Below are positions 51,556 through 62,836 of a DNA stretch of 64,000 bases, piece after piece; position 1 is the stretch's first letter; every line of letters starts with the position of its first letter. Position numbers and translations under genes: made by a program. Origin of the DNA: Stegostoma tigrinum (Eukaryota); NCBI RefSeq assembly GCF_030684315.1, contig NC_081356.1, positions 28,545,197-28,609,196 on the forward strand, read 5' to 3'. The notes beneath the pieces are model-generated. The model did no database searches. It worked only from the letters and a program-made list of their open reading frames with translations, and was not told the DNA's origin.

Positions 51556-52440
51556 ACCTTTAGAGATTATAGGGCAGATGAACACATGCTTGGTCAAAGA
51601 TTCACGTATGAAACATGCCTAAGGAGGAGAGAGGGGTGGAGAGGTTAAGGGTGGGAGTTCCAGAGCTGTGAGTCTCGGAAACGCTAAGGGGATGTGTGAG
51701 AGTGCAGAAGCAGAGGAACTCGCAGATCGACAATACTAAAACTAAGTGTCAAAAAATACAAGATAGTCACTAACAAATTTAATAGGGATTTCAGGAGAAA
51801 TCTCTACCCAGAGATGTAGAATTCATTATCACAAGAAATAATTACAAGGATGCACTTCAGGAAAAGATAGGTATACGCATGAGGGAGATTGAATTGTAGG
51901 ATATTTGATGCAGCATAATGAAGAGTTGGAAGGACGCCGACGTGGAACATCAGCATTTGCATAGACACATTTGCTAGAATGGTCTATTTATGTGTTGTTG
52001 GTTCTAGGTGATTATAACCTGTGTCAAAATATGCCTCCAGCACACCAGTTTTCTAGCAATAATTCATGAAAGTCTCAGGAAGAAAAGCTAATAAAGCTGG
52101 CAAATGAAACATACTGATCTGCATTTCATGTATTTTAAATTGGAGGATCAGTCCAGTTTGTTTATTTACAAATTTTTTGTCACAGCTATCTAGAATTTGT
52201 AATAGTATTAATCATTTTCATTTCTCCTTCCTCAGTGTTGTTTCTTCTCTTTATACCCTCCCCTGTTTGCGATTTGCCAGTGGTGGTCAGAATGCAATAA
52301 TTTGAACTTCTATGGCCTGACAAACTCCCAAAACGTTTTACAGACAATGAAGTGCTTTTTAAGTGTTGTCACTTTTGGAATGTGCTTCAGAACCCAACAT
52401 GTGGAATGTAGTGTTCCTTACAATGTAAAACAGTGACACA

Positions 52441-53095
52441 GTCATAGAGTCATACAGCACAGAAGAGTCCCTTCAGCCTCCCCTTTGTCTCCCCCTTCAT
52501 TCTAGTTATCGAGCCATAGAGATAAACAGAATGTAACAGACCCTTTGGTCCAATTAGTCCTGCTGACCAGGTTCCCAAACAAAACTCGTCCCAGCTGTCT
52601 GCATTTGGCCCATATCCCTCCAACCCTTTGCTATTCATGTAATTATCCAAAGGTCTTAAACGTAGTAACTGTACTAGCAGCCATCACTTCTTCTGACAGT
52701 TCATTCTACACACTAACCACTCTCTGTGTAAAAAAGCTGTCCCTCATGTATTTTGTAAATCTTTCCCCTCTCACCTTAAAAATTTGCCCCCTAGTTTTGA
52801 ACTCCCCTTCCTTAGGGAAAAGACCTTTGCAATTCACATTATCTGTATCTCTCATGATTGTATAAACCTCTACAAGGTCATCCCTCAATCTCCTATGGAC
52901 CAGTGGAAAAAAGTCCCAGCTTATCCAGCCTATTTTTTCATATCTCAAACTCCCCCCCCCAATTCCCAGCAACATCCTGATAAACCTTTTCTGACTTTCT
53001 CAAGATTAATAATATCCTTCCTATAACAGGACAACCAGAACTGCATGCAGTACTCCAGAAGGGGCCTTACTAATGTCCTGTGCAACTTCAATAAT
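52441..53095 (-). mobile_element. CR1/HER1 3' fragment
   Basis: RRLRDDLVEVY...LFPKEGEFKTRGQIFKVRGERF...FFTQRVV. Confidence 0.88.
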
Positions 53096-53511
53096 ATTTA
53101 GATAATGTTTGGAACATCAGCCTATTCCCATTCCTGTCAATGTCAGTTTGTTATTGGGTTTGTCATTTCTGGCTGGATGTAATGATGGAGATTTTATCAC
53201 ATGACTCACACAACCTCTTGTGGTGTACCTTTAAAGGGATGTATCTTAAGCTGCTGCCCTCCACTATCCACCATGTGACAAGATGAAATGTGTAATTCCA
53301 TGTGGTCTGTTTATATCCATTTCTGTCATCTGCCCACACCATTTGGAAAATAAGGATAGCGGTGTGTAAACGACACCTGGGCAAAATCCCTACATGGTGT
53401 CCCTCATTTCCAGGCTTCGCTATTTGTGTGAAATCAAAGACTGTAATCATGTCTGAGATGTTCTAGCCTCCCCGCAACTCATTATTCTGGATGATGTGAT
53501 TGGTTTTCCAG

Positions 53512-53605
53512 ATTGTGTTCGAAGTTGCATTCAGCAGCACAAAAGGAGGTTACGCAGCATTGGATGATATTTATTTTTCCTCACAGTTCTGTGACAATAA
53601 AACAG
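53512..53605 (+). CDS. mamdc2: mamdc2 internal coding exon (end of MAM2), 94 nt, phase 0-1
   Basis: Acceptor tggttttccAG, donor GTgagc. Translates IVFEVAFSSTKGGYAALDDIYFSSQFCDNKT (cf. VIFEVAFNGPKGGYVALDDISFSPVHCQNQT). Confidence 0.95.
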
Positions 53606-53663
53606 GTGAGCATTTTCATTTTCTGCCTTAATTGAGTAACTTGTACATAGGTTACCTGAATGA

Positions 53664-54150
53664 AAGCCAAAAGAACTGCAAATGCTGGAGTCAGAAACAA
53701 AAACAGAAATTGTTGGAATAGCTCAACAGGTCTGGTATCTGTGAGGAGAAATCGGAGTTAATGTTTCAGGTCCGGTGACCCTTCCTCAGAATTGATGGTG
53801 GCTAGGAAGGAAATTGGTTTTAGTGCAGAATATGGGGTGGAAGGAGGGTGTGAGTAGTAAATGATAGGTGGAGGCAGGGGTGTTACACATTATCCATTGT
53901 TAGCCACTAAAAGTCCCCATTAACAGCTATTAATTTGCCTAGGCTGACAATTAGCCACTCCTTTGTCTACCCAATGGTTCTTTTCTCTATTTGGGCTCTA
54001 TCGTTTACTCCTTACCCCCTCCCCCCACCCTATCTTCCGCAAAAATAAACTCTTGCCTGGCTATCATCAGTTCTGATGAAAGGTCACTATTCCCAAAACA
54101 TTAACTTAGATTTCTCTCCACAGATGCTGCAATTCCTGCTGAGATTTTCT
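53664..54150. mobile_element. Penelope-derived family A element with long inverted arms and two hammerhead cores
   Basis: Left arm 53664-53870 and right arm about 53995-54150 are reverse complements. Cores at 53760-53789 (minus, intact core) and 54073-54102 (plus, decayed). Confidence 0.8.
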
Positions 54151-54230
54151 AGATGTACCATAGCCATCTCTCCTCACAAAGGCATTTTTATGGCTGTTGA
54201 TCTTAGGTAATATGATCAGTATGAAGAGAT

Positions 54231-54908
54231 AGTAGCAAATGCAGATGCTGGAGAATCTAAGATAACAAAGTATAGAGCTGGATGAACACAGCAGGCCAAG
54301 CAGCATCAGAGGAGCAGGAATGCTGACGTTTTGGGCCTAGACCTTTCTTCAGAAAGGGGGGAGGGGAAAGGCGTTCTGAAATAAATAGGGAGAAGGGGGA
54401 GACAGGTAGAAAATGGATAGAGGAGAAGATAGGCTGAGAGGAGACAAACAGGTCAGGGAGATGGGGATTGAGCCAGTAAAGGTGAGTGTAGGTGGGGAAT
54501 TAGGGAGGGGATAGGTCAGTCCAGGGAGGACAGACACATCTAGGGCGTGGGATGAGGCCAGTAGGTAGGAGATGGAGGTGTGGCTTGATGTGGGAGGAGG
54601 GGATAGGTGGGAAGAAGGACAGGTTAGGGAGGCGGGGACAAGCTGGGCTGGCTTTGGGATGCGGGAGGGGGTATGGAGATTTTGAAGCTTGTGAAGTCCA
54701 CATTGATACCATTGGGCTGCAGGGTTCCCAAGCGGAATATGAGGTGTTGTTCCTGCAACCTTTGGGTGGCATATTTGTGGCACTGCAGTGGTTGCAAGAA
54801 CAGCACCTCATATTCCGCTTGGGAACCCTGCATCCCGATGGTATCAATGTGGACTTCACAAGCTTCAACATCTCCCCTCCCCCTACCACATCCCAAAACC
54901 AGCCCAGG
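54231..54908 (-). mobile_element. Penelope-like element 3' end (GIY-YIG endonuclease C-terminus, 3' UTR, hammerhead) with an inverted duplication
   Basis: QRLQEQHLIFRLGTLQPNGINVDFTSFK on minus and EQHLIFRLGTLHPDGINVDFTSFN on plus. Hammerhead core at 54325-54352 (minus). Confidence 0.88.
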
Positions 54909-55029
54909 GTATGTCATAACATCTCTGAATAGGTTGATTAGAAGATATTCAAAATTCCACATGCCTCTTGCTCATTGTTGAATTGATTCATTGTAGTCAG
55001 GAAATGCGATGGACGAGCTTCGGGTGGGC

Positions 55030-55167
55030 TGTTCTGATGAAGAGCCATTGAACTCGAAACTTTAATTCTGCTTTCTCTTCAGAGATACTGCCAGACCTGC
55101 TGAGTTTCGTCTGCAGTTTCTAGTTTTGTTTGATTTCCAGCATACACGGTCCTTTGTTTTATTTCAG
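55030..55167 (+). mobile_element. Penelope-derived family A-like single arm with hammerhead core
   Basis: GTT-CTGATGA-A-GAG.CCATTGAA.CTC-GAAA-CT-TT-AAT (core 55034-55063), then ccagacctgctgag...ttccagcat terminus. Confidence 0.7.
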
Positions 55168-55956
55168 CTTCAGATGGAATTGGTCAGTTTTCCAAGCCAT
55201 TCTGTACCTCAAGAAGAATGGTCCAAATGAATATTGGCTAAAGGTGCTTATCTTCCAGCTAACAACAGCTTCCAACTCAATAAATCACTGTTATGATCTC
55301 AGCTGATGGTAATACTGGACTGGTCAGATGGCATGGAAATCTGCATTGATAGATTATATGCATTATTTTTGCAGTTTGACTTCAGTGATGAGTCACTGGA
55401 CATACTCACACAAAGCTGTCAATGTTCTTTTCACAGAAGAACACAAGTTTATCACATAAAAGAAAGTTAATTGAACTAGATATATATAAGACAATTTTGA
55501 AAGGTTTCAACATCAACAGCAGTAACAAAGATTAATCACTTTTCCCAACAGTGCCCATTTACATATTTTCAATCCCAGTCAGCATTATTTCTGCTGCACT
55601 GCAGTATTACATTGCAGTATTACAACTTTATGATTTTTCACTCATCTGATTTTTTACAGTTTTGATGGCTTAGACATATTTCTAGCTGTTGAGGGCCTGG
55701 ATTTCTTTTCAGGGCTCACAACCACCAGAATTCTACAAACTAAACCCTTTCATCCAAACACTTCTTAAAAGCTCAATTTCTTCTCTACCTAAATGAAATT
55801 GTTCTTCAAGCAATGCTCACTGTTGGAACTATATTGTTTCGTGGGATGTGAAACTCACTGGCAAATCCAACATTTGTTGCCTGTCCCTAATTGACCTGGA
55901 ACTGAACAGCTTGCTAAGCTATTTGAATCTTTTTTAGATTCACCTGCATTTATATA

Positions 55957-56268
55957 GTCATAGAGTTATACAGAAACAGACCCTTTGGTCCAACTCCTCC
56001 ATGCCAACCTGATACCATAAATAACTCTAGTCCCATTTGCTAACATTTGGCCCATATCCCTCTTAACTGTTAGTATTCATGTACCCATCCAGATGCCTTT
56101 TAAACGTTGTAAATGTACCCACCTTCACCATTTGCTCTGGCAGCTCATTCCATATAGGCACAACCCTCTGCATGAAAAAGTTGCCCCTCAGGTCCCTTTT
56201 AAATCTTTCCCCTCTCACTTTAAACTTATGCGCTCTAGTTTTGGACTCCCTACCCTGTGGAAAAGAGT
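55957..56268 (-). mobile_element. CR1/HER1 3' fragment
   Basis: FPQGRESKTRAHKFKVRGERFKRDLRGNFFMQRVVPIWNELP. Confidence 0.9.
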
Positions 56269-57755
56269 AAACCAGCAATATTAATACTATGTCCCCATCC
56301 GTAGATCAGGATACCTTAAGAATGTCCATTAAGTTTAATAGAAGTTACAAAATAGAAATAGTCTATCTTGCCCAACTACTTAAGCCAGCATTTGTCTTCC
56401 ACTTATTGTTAGATCTTATCTTGTTCACTAATATGTTTGGCCTCCTTATTTTGTTTTGTTACTCATTATTGCTGTCCTTCTTTTGCCATCACCAAGGTTG
56501 GCTTATGCCCTCAAATGGACACCACCATTAAAAAGCACTTGATTATTCTCCTGAGTACAGCACGGAGTGTATTATAGAAGTTCAAACTTGAATTGCCAAT
56601 CCTCTGGCTCCAGAAAGTGAAGACTAATCTGTCAGAGACAGGGGAGAAACCTCCTGAGTGCATTAAATAATTTTCTGAATGTTTTTGATTATTATATAAT
56701 TATCGGACTTTGAGGCAAGGATAAAAGTTGTTTGAGTGATGGGATGGGTGATGGGCAAACACAGGTCGCTGATGGCAGCACGGTGCTAGGAATTTGGGAT
56801 GCGAGGTGAAACTTTGCAATGTGCATTATGACCAGACTTGGCAATCATTGAGACTATCTTCTGACATTCAAAATCCATTTTAAGTACACTGCTACAAACA
56901 AGCACAAACTTGCAATTAACTGGACTAGTTAATGTCTTGGGAAGAAAGAAGTTTGTGTTTTGTACAGTGTTCGCTTCTTGTGCAGGATCAACTTGTAGTT
57001 GTTTTAAAGCTGAGTTGCTAATTATACTTTTACTGTCTGAGTTAACAGTTTCTTCTTGAACTTAGCAATGTTCTCCATTATAACATTGGTCTATATTCAT
57101 TCATTAACCATTCCAACTGTTTTGGATCTGGCAGAAGTTCAGATGCCACGGCTTATTTGGCAGTGAGAACATGGAACCATTTGTTTTGCTGAGTTCTTCC
57201 TATCTAAAGCCTGTATTGTTTGCTCAATTTGTAATCAAAATAAAACAAAAATATCTGTTCTGACATGGAGCAATTATTTCATACAGTTGAACTAAGCGTG
57301 AGAATCAGCTGTTTTAAGAATTTTGCTTTCTGTCAAGGGGTATTTATAACTTTTTGTAACTTTGCTCCATGTCACTGTGAGACAAGCTAACAGAATTATT
57401 CAGTCACTATTTTAGCCCCTTTATCCTCTTTGTATTGAGGTGGGGGTAGAGGTTAAAATTGACCCAGTTAGCAACCTGGAAGGAGATTGTCATATTGATC
57501 AACTCGCTGCTGTCGATTCTCAATAAAATCCAAGCGAGTTCAGCTTTCTCAAAGGTTATTTCCAGCTCTAACTGTCGTGGGCTGTACTTGGTGCAGTAAT
57601 AGATTTTAGCGAGTCTCCTTAAAGGGGTTAGCTGTATCAGAGTAGCATTTGAAATGATGTGCTTCCCAGTCATGTGATACTGCAATGCTCTTGTAATCTT
57701 TTGCACACAATACAATTTATCAGTCACAGCATTTTCTATCTTTGTTGAAATGAAG

Positions 57756-57902
57756 AACTAATATTCGACCCATCTGTGGCAAACTGCAACTTCGATCAAG
57801 ATTTGTGCAATTATTCCCAAAACCACAAAGATGGCACCAAGTGGACGAGACTGATTCGAAAACCCAATGCATTTCATTTTGGAGACCACACAAGTGGAGT
57901 AG
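57756..57902 (+). CDS. mamdc2: mamdc2 internal coding exon (start of MAM3), 147 nt, phase 1-1
   Basis: Acceptor ttttctatctttgttgaaatgaAG, donor GTaagt. Translates (E)LIFDPSVANCNFDQDLCNYSQNHKDGTKWTRLIRKPNAFHFGDHTSGV (cf. ELLFSAVEASCNFEQDLCNFYQ...WTRV..KPN...GDHTTGLG). Confidence 0.93.
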
Positions 57903-59465
57903 GTAAGTATTAAGCTGTGTCTGTGTGTTAAATCATGCAGTGTCCTTCCTATTGTTTATATTCTGTGCTAAGGAGAGGGATATGGCCATTATGATTGAAC
58001 AGGTATGATATGTTGCACTCCTATGTCTTATGGTCTCATGTTCAATATGACAGAGACTGGAAAAATGCATGATCTTTATTTAAAAAATTGGCAAACCATT
58101 CTTTGTGCATACGCACAGTAAACAAGGTGAGTAAACTTTTGCTGGTATACAGTATTCTATCTCTTTTGAGCAAGATGCTGTTAGGAGAAAAATTATATTC
58201 TTTCTATCTCTTCATTCTCACAATTTCTGTATATTTTATATCTCTGAAATAAGCAAAAAGAATGGTACACAAGTTTTTATTTTCAAGAACTACATTTACA
58301 AGACATTTGCTTTTGAAATGACTGTTCTGTTTGGATTGGAATACAGTCATGTATAAATGTCTATCCTAGTCTGCCGTAGCCATGAGTTCTCTACCAAACG
58401 GTACACCCCTAAGGCAATCATCGTAATATTCATTTCAATGTGAGCTGCCATTGCTAAAGACAAACTGAAGATCACAAAGGAAATGCTGCTTAAGAGAAAA
58501 TAGCTGAAGCTTTTCCTTTGCCAACTCTTGTTCACGTTACTGGGGGACATGAGGAAAAGCTGGAAATTGTTCCACAACACTGGAAGAAGTATGCAATAGC
58601 AATAGATTTATTGAGCAAACCAGAACAAATGTAAGTACCACAATTACATCACTGTTAGGAAAAGACTGTTTCAAAATATATACCACCCTAAATCTCTGAG
58701 TTAAAAATAGGAAAAATTTTAAAAGCTCTGAAGGCATGCTTTGAGCCCCTTGTAAACATTACATATGGACAACAGGTATTTGATATTAGGGACAAAGTGA
58801 AAAAGAGTCCATTGATCAATATGTAACATTATTAACTTAACCTGCGGAAACCTGTGAATTTGCACAATTAAAGAATGAACTAATTAGAGATGGGATTGTA
58901 TTAGGAATAAAGAATCTAAAAGTGAAATCATACCTGTTGAGACAGGACAAATTTACACTTAGGATAGCAATTTCCCATGCTGAATCCGAAATGACAGCAT
59001 TTTCATGACAGAACACATCTGGTTTGCATTATACTGATAGATACTCTAGGCACACAGGGCAGAACAATCACAAATAACAGGATGCAAATACTGTGGAAGA
59101 TTTCTTGCAGTAGAGAAGTAGATATGTATAGCATGTGGGAAAGCAGTGTTCTCACTGCAAAAAGCTGCATCACACACAAATCTATGGTTAAAGAGAAATG
59201 TAACAAACAGGAACAGATGGCAGATGCAGAGGTTGGCTGAATATTTTGATAAACGTTGTACAATAGGTTGGCTCTGTTAGGTTTACAGGTGAGACATGGT
59301 TTATGACTGTTGGAATGAGGATTGCAGAAAGAGAACATTAGATCAGTATAAAATGTTATCTGGACACTGGTGCATCATGCAACATCATGACCTTCACAGA
59401 CCTGTACAACGTGGTTTTGACGTAGCAATCCAAACTGAAGCCCATCAAAATAACATTAAAACTAT

Positions 59466-60750
59466 AGAATCATAGAATCATACGACATAGAAACAGGCCC
59501 ATCAGTCCATCATGTCTGTGCTGACCAACAAACACCAAACTACACTACTCCCATTTACTTGCATTTGGTCCACAGCCTGCTATGCCCTGGCATTTAAGTG
59601 CTCATCCAGATGTTTCTGAAATGTTGCAAGAGTACCTGCCTGCACCATCCTCTTAGGCCAAATGTTCCATATTTCTACCATCCTCTGAGCGAAAAGAGTT
59701 TTCCTCAGATCCCCTCTAAATCACCTACCTTCACTTTAAACTTATGATTTCGGGTTTTAGATACGTCTGCCGTGGGGAAAAAATCTCAAGATCTACTCAA
59801 TCTGTGCTTCTCATAATTTTGTACACCTCAATCAGATTTTCCCTCAGCCTGCTCTGCTCCAGGGAAAACAAACCCAGCCTATCCAATCTTTTCTCATGGC
59901 TGAGATATTCTATTTTCAGGCAACATCCTTGTAAATCTCCACTACATCCTCTCCAGTGCAATCATATCCTTCCCATAGTGTAACCACTAGAACTGCACAC
60001 AGTATTCCATCTGTAGCCTATCCAATACTCTATAAAGTTTCAACAAGACTTCCCTGCTTCTATATTCTATATCCTGGCTAATGAAGGCAAGCATCCCTTA
60101 TGTATACTTCACCACTGTATCTACCTTTGCTGACACTTTCAGGGCTCTGTGGGCTTATGCACCAAGGTCCCTTTGTTCCCCAGTACTCCCTAGAGACCAC
60201 CCATTCATTGTGTAAATCCTTCCCTTATTAGACCTCCCAAAAATGTATCACTCATCCTTATCGAGATTAAATTGCATCTGCCATTGCTCTGTATCAGACT
60301 GTAACCTGACACCATCCTTCTCACTGTTAGCAACACTGCCAATGTTCATGCCACATGCAAACTTACTAATAATGCCTTCTACATTCATATCCGAGTTACT
60401 AATGTGCATAAAAAACAGCGAAGGCCCCAGCAGTGACCCCTGTGGTACGCCGCTGGTCACAGGCTTCCAATCACAAAAACCATCCCTCTATCTTTGCCTC
60501 TGATTTGTGAGCTAATTTTGGATCCGGTTTTCCAACTTGCCTTGGATTCCATGGGCTCTTGCCTTTTGGAGCAGCCTTCCTTTTAGGACCTTGGCAGAAG
60601 CCTTGCTGAAGTCTGTGAAACTCACGTCAACTACACTACCCTCATCGATATATTCAGTCAACTTTGCCAAAAAAAGTGAATTAAATTGGTCAGACATGAT
60701 CTTCTTCCAATAGTGCCTAATCTTGCCCCACCTTTCCAAGTGTTGATTAA
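59466..60750 (-). mobile_element. CR1 LINE inserted in the Gypsy protease region
   Basis: SGVPQGSLLGP, DFSKASAKV, (agaatcat)n tail. Gypsy KITLKL|YDGT is split at the junction. Confidence 0.9.
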
Positions 60751-61749
60751 TATATGATGGTACCATTCTTCTGCTGATAGGACACATTACTGTGTGAGCC
60801 CATTGCAGTAGTGTAAACAAGAATGTGGAGATCCCGATCATAGTCAACAAGCAAATGACACTTATTTCAGCTGCAGCAAGTCCAAAGTTTCGGCTGGTTA
60901 CCTTCGACATGCCCAAAGAGATTTGCAGCATGTTGTGGTGCACATTGAAGATGGGGCACATTCTCCACAAATACAAAGGTGTATTCACAGGATTAGGGTA
61001 TCCTCCAGAGAATATCAACTCAAAGCAGATGGGAATGCAAGACCAAATCAGCAGCTGCATTGGAAAGCCTAAAAGACAAGATAAAATAACCGGAAAGGAA
61101 GAGAGTAATGAGAAAAGTGATAATGCCTGCATTACAAACAAAATGGCAGCTGAAAACCAACCTGAAAAATTGAGAGTTTGCATTGTTCCAAAGAATCTAA
61201 ATCAAGTTCTGAAGCAATCTCACTACCTCATGCCAACCATTGAAGGGATTTTGCCACAACTTGCAAAGGCAAAAATCTTCACCACCCTCAGATACAAAAG
61301 ATGGTTCCTGCGAAGTGAAGTTAGATAAAAGCAACAGTTGTGTAAATACATTCTCGACATACTTTGGGAGGTACAAATGATTGTGTTTGTAGTTTGGCAT
61401 TTCCACTGCTCCAGAAGAGCATCAGTGCAGACAGCATGAGGTAGTTTGCAATCTTCCTGGAAAGGAAGTTTAGTGGATGATCTGCTAGTTTATGGATGAG
61501 GAGACAATGTAAAAGCTATTGCTGATTACAATCAAACTTTAGTGTGACTGCTTAATAGAGCTAGGGAGGTGAAGCTGAATGTAAACACGAAAAATGTACA
61601 ATTAAGTTAAGTATCATGTCCCAACTCATGGCCAAGACATACAGTAGTATTGGGCACAGAACAAGGAGCAACGTCTATTAACATCAAGCAACTAGTGACA
61701 ATGCTGAGATACTATGGTGTAATTAATGAAGTCGTTTTGCAGCATGGTT

Positions 61750-62540
61750 CCAGTGAACCAGGACTTAGAGACTGCCAGACAGAGGAGTTATTATTGAAAC
61801 ATAAGATTCTTGGGAGAGTTAGGCTTGTTACAGAGATGGTGTTTCTGTTCTTGGGAGAGTCTAGAACCAGGGAGCATAATCTCATAATAAGGGGTCACAC
61901 ATTTGAGATAGATATGAGGAAGATTTCTTTTCTGAGTCGATCTATGGAATTCTGAATTGAATTAGCTTTATTGTCACATGTACTCAAATGAGTACAGTGA
62001 AAAGTTGATAAGTTGTCACTTACAGTGCCATCTTAGATACAAAAGTACTTATGTACAGCTTCTTCAGTTACAAGATTAGTTATATTGTAACAATATTACC
62101 AACACAGAGTGCCATCTCAGTTACAGAATTTTTAGGTACATTGCTTAGTTACAGAACAGAGAAATGATGATAAAAGTTACTTTACAGCCATGCACGGTAT
62201 AACCACAGGTCAGAAAAACAAAAAGTTGAAAAGACAAAACATTGCTTCTTTACTGCAGATGGTTGTCGAGGTTAGATCATTAAGTATATTCAACGCTAAG
62301 ACACTCAGACAGATTTGTGCATCAGTGAGGGAATTGAGAGAGATGGGCAAAAGGCAAGAAAATGGAGTTGAGGATTATCAGATCAACCATGATCTTATTG
62401 AGTGGTGGAACAGATTCAGTGTGCTCAGTGGCCTACTTATAAGGTAGGGGTGGAAGTTAGATAGACCTTAGGATTAGGGTAAAAGTTCAGCACAACATCG
62501 TGGGCTGAAGGACCTGTACTGTACTGTACTATTGTCTTGG
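61750..62540 (+). mobile_element. CR1 3' fragments inside Gypsy, themselves split by an unclassified insert (about 61955-62240)
   Basis: FLGESRTREHNLIIRG before the insert; MVVEVRSLSIF and CR1 tails after it. Confidence 0.75.
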
Positions 62541-62640
62541 ATCTTAGGGCCTAAGAACTTGGAGCGATCCTAATGCAGCAAGAGCAACTGGACCTATTTG
62601 CATTCAGGGCACTAACACAAACAGAAGATCATAACAATAT

Positions 62641-62836
62641 AACAAAGAACTACAGATACTGAAAATCTGAAATTAAAAACGGAAATTGCTGGAGAACCTC
62701 AGCAGGTCTGCCAGTATCTGAGGAGAAAAAGCAGGATTAACATTCTGAGCCTGAAGAAAGGTCACTGGACCCGAAATGTTGACACTGCTTTCTCTCCATA
62801 GATGATGAATTTCTGCAGCAATTTCTGTTTTCATTT
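62641..62836. mobile_element. Penelope-derived family A inverted-repeat element inserted in the Gypsy RNase H
   Basis: Inverted arms; plus-strand core CTGAAGA-A-AGGTC.ACTG.GACCC-GAAA-TG-TT at 62751-62780. Confidence 0.8.

Noticed and set aside
60512-61183. Longest ORF in the window (223 aa, minus strand)
   Set aside because: It is a chimera of antisense Gypsy sequence and a CR1 RT fragment across an insertion junction.
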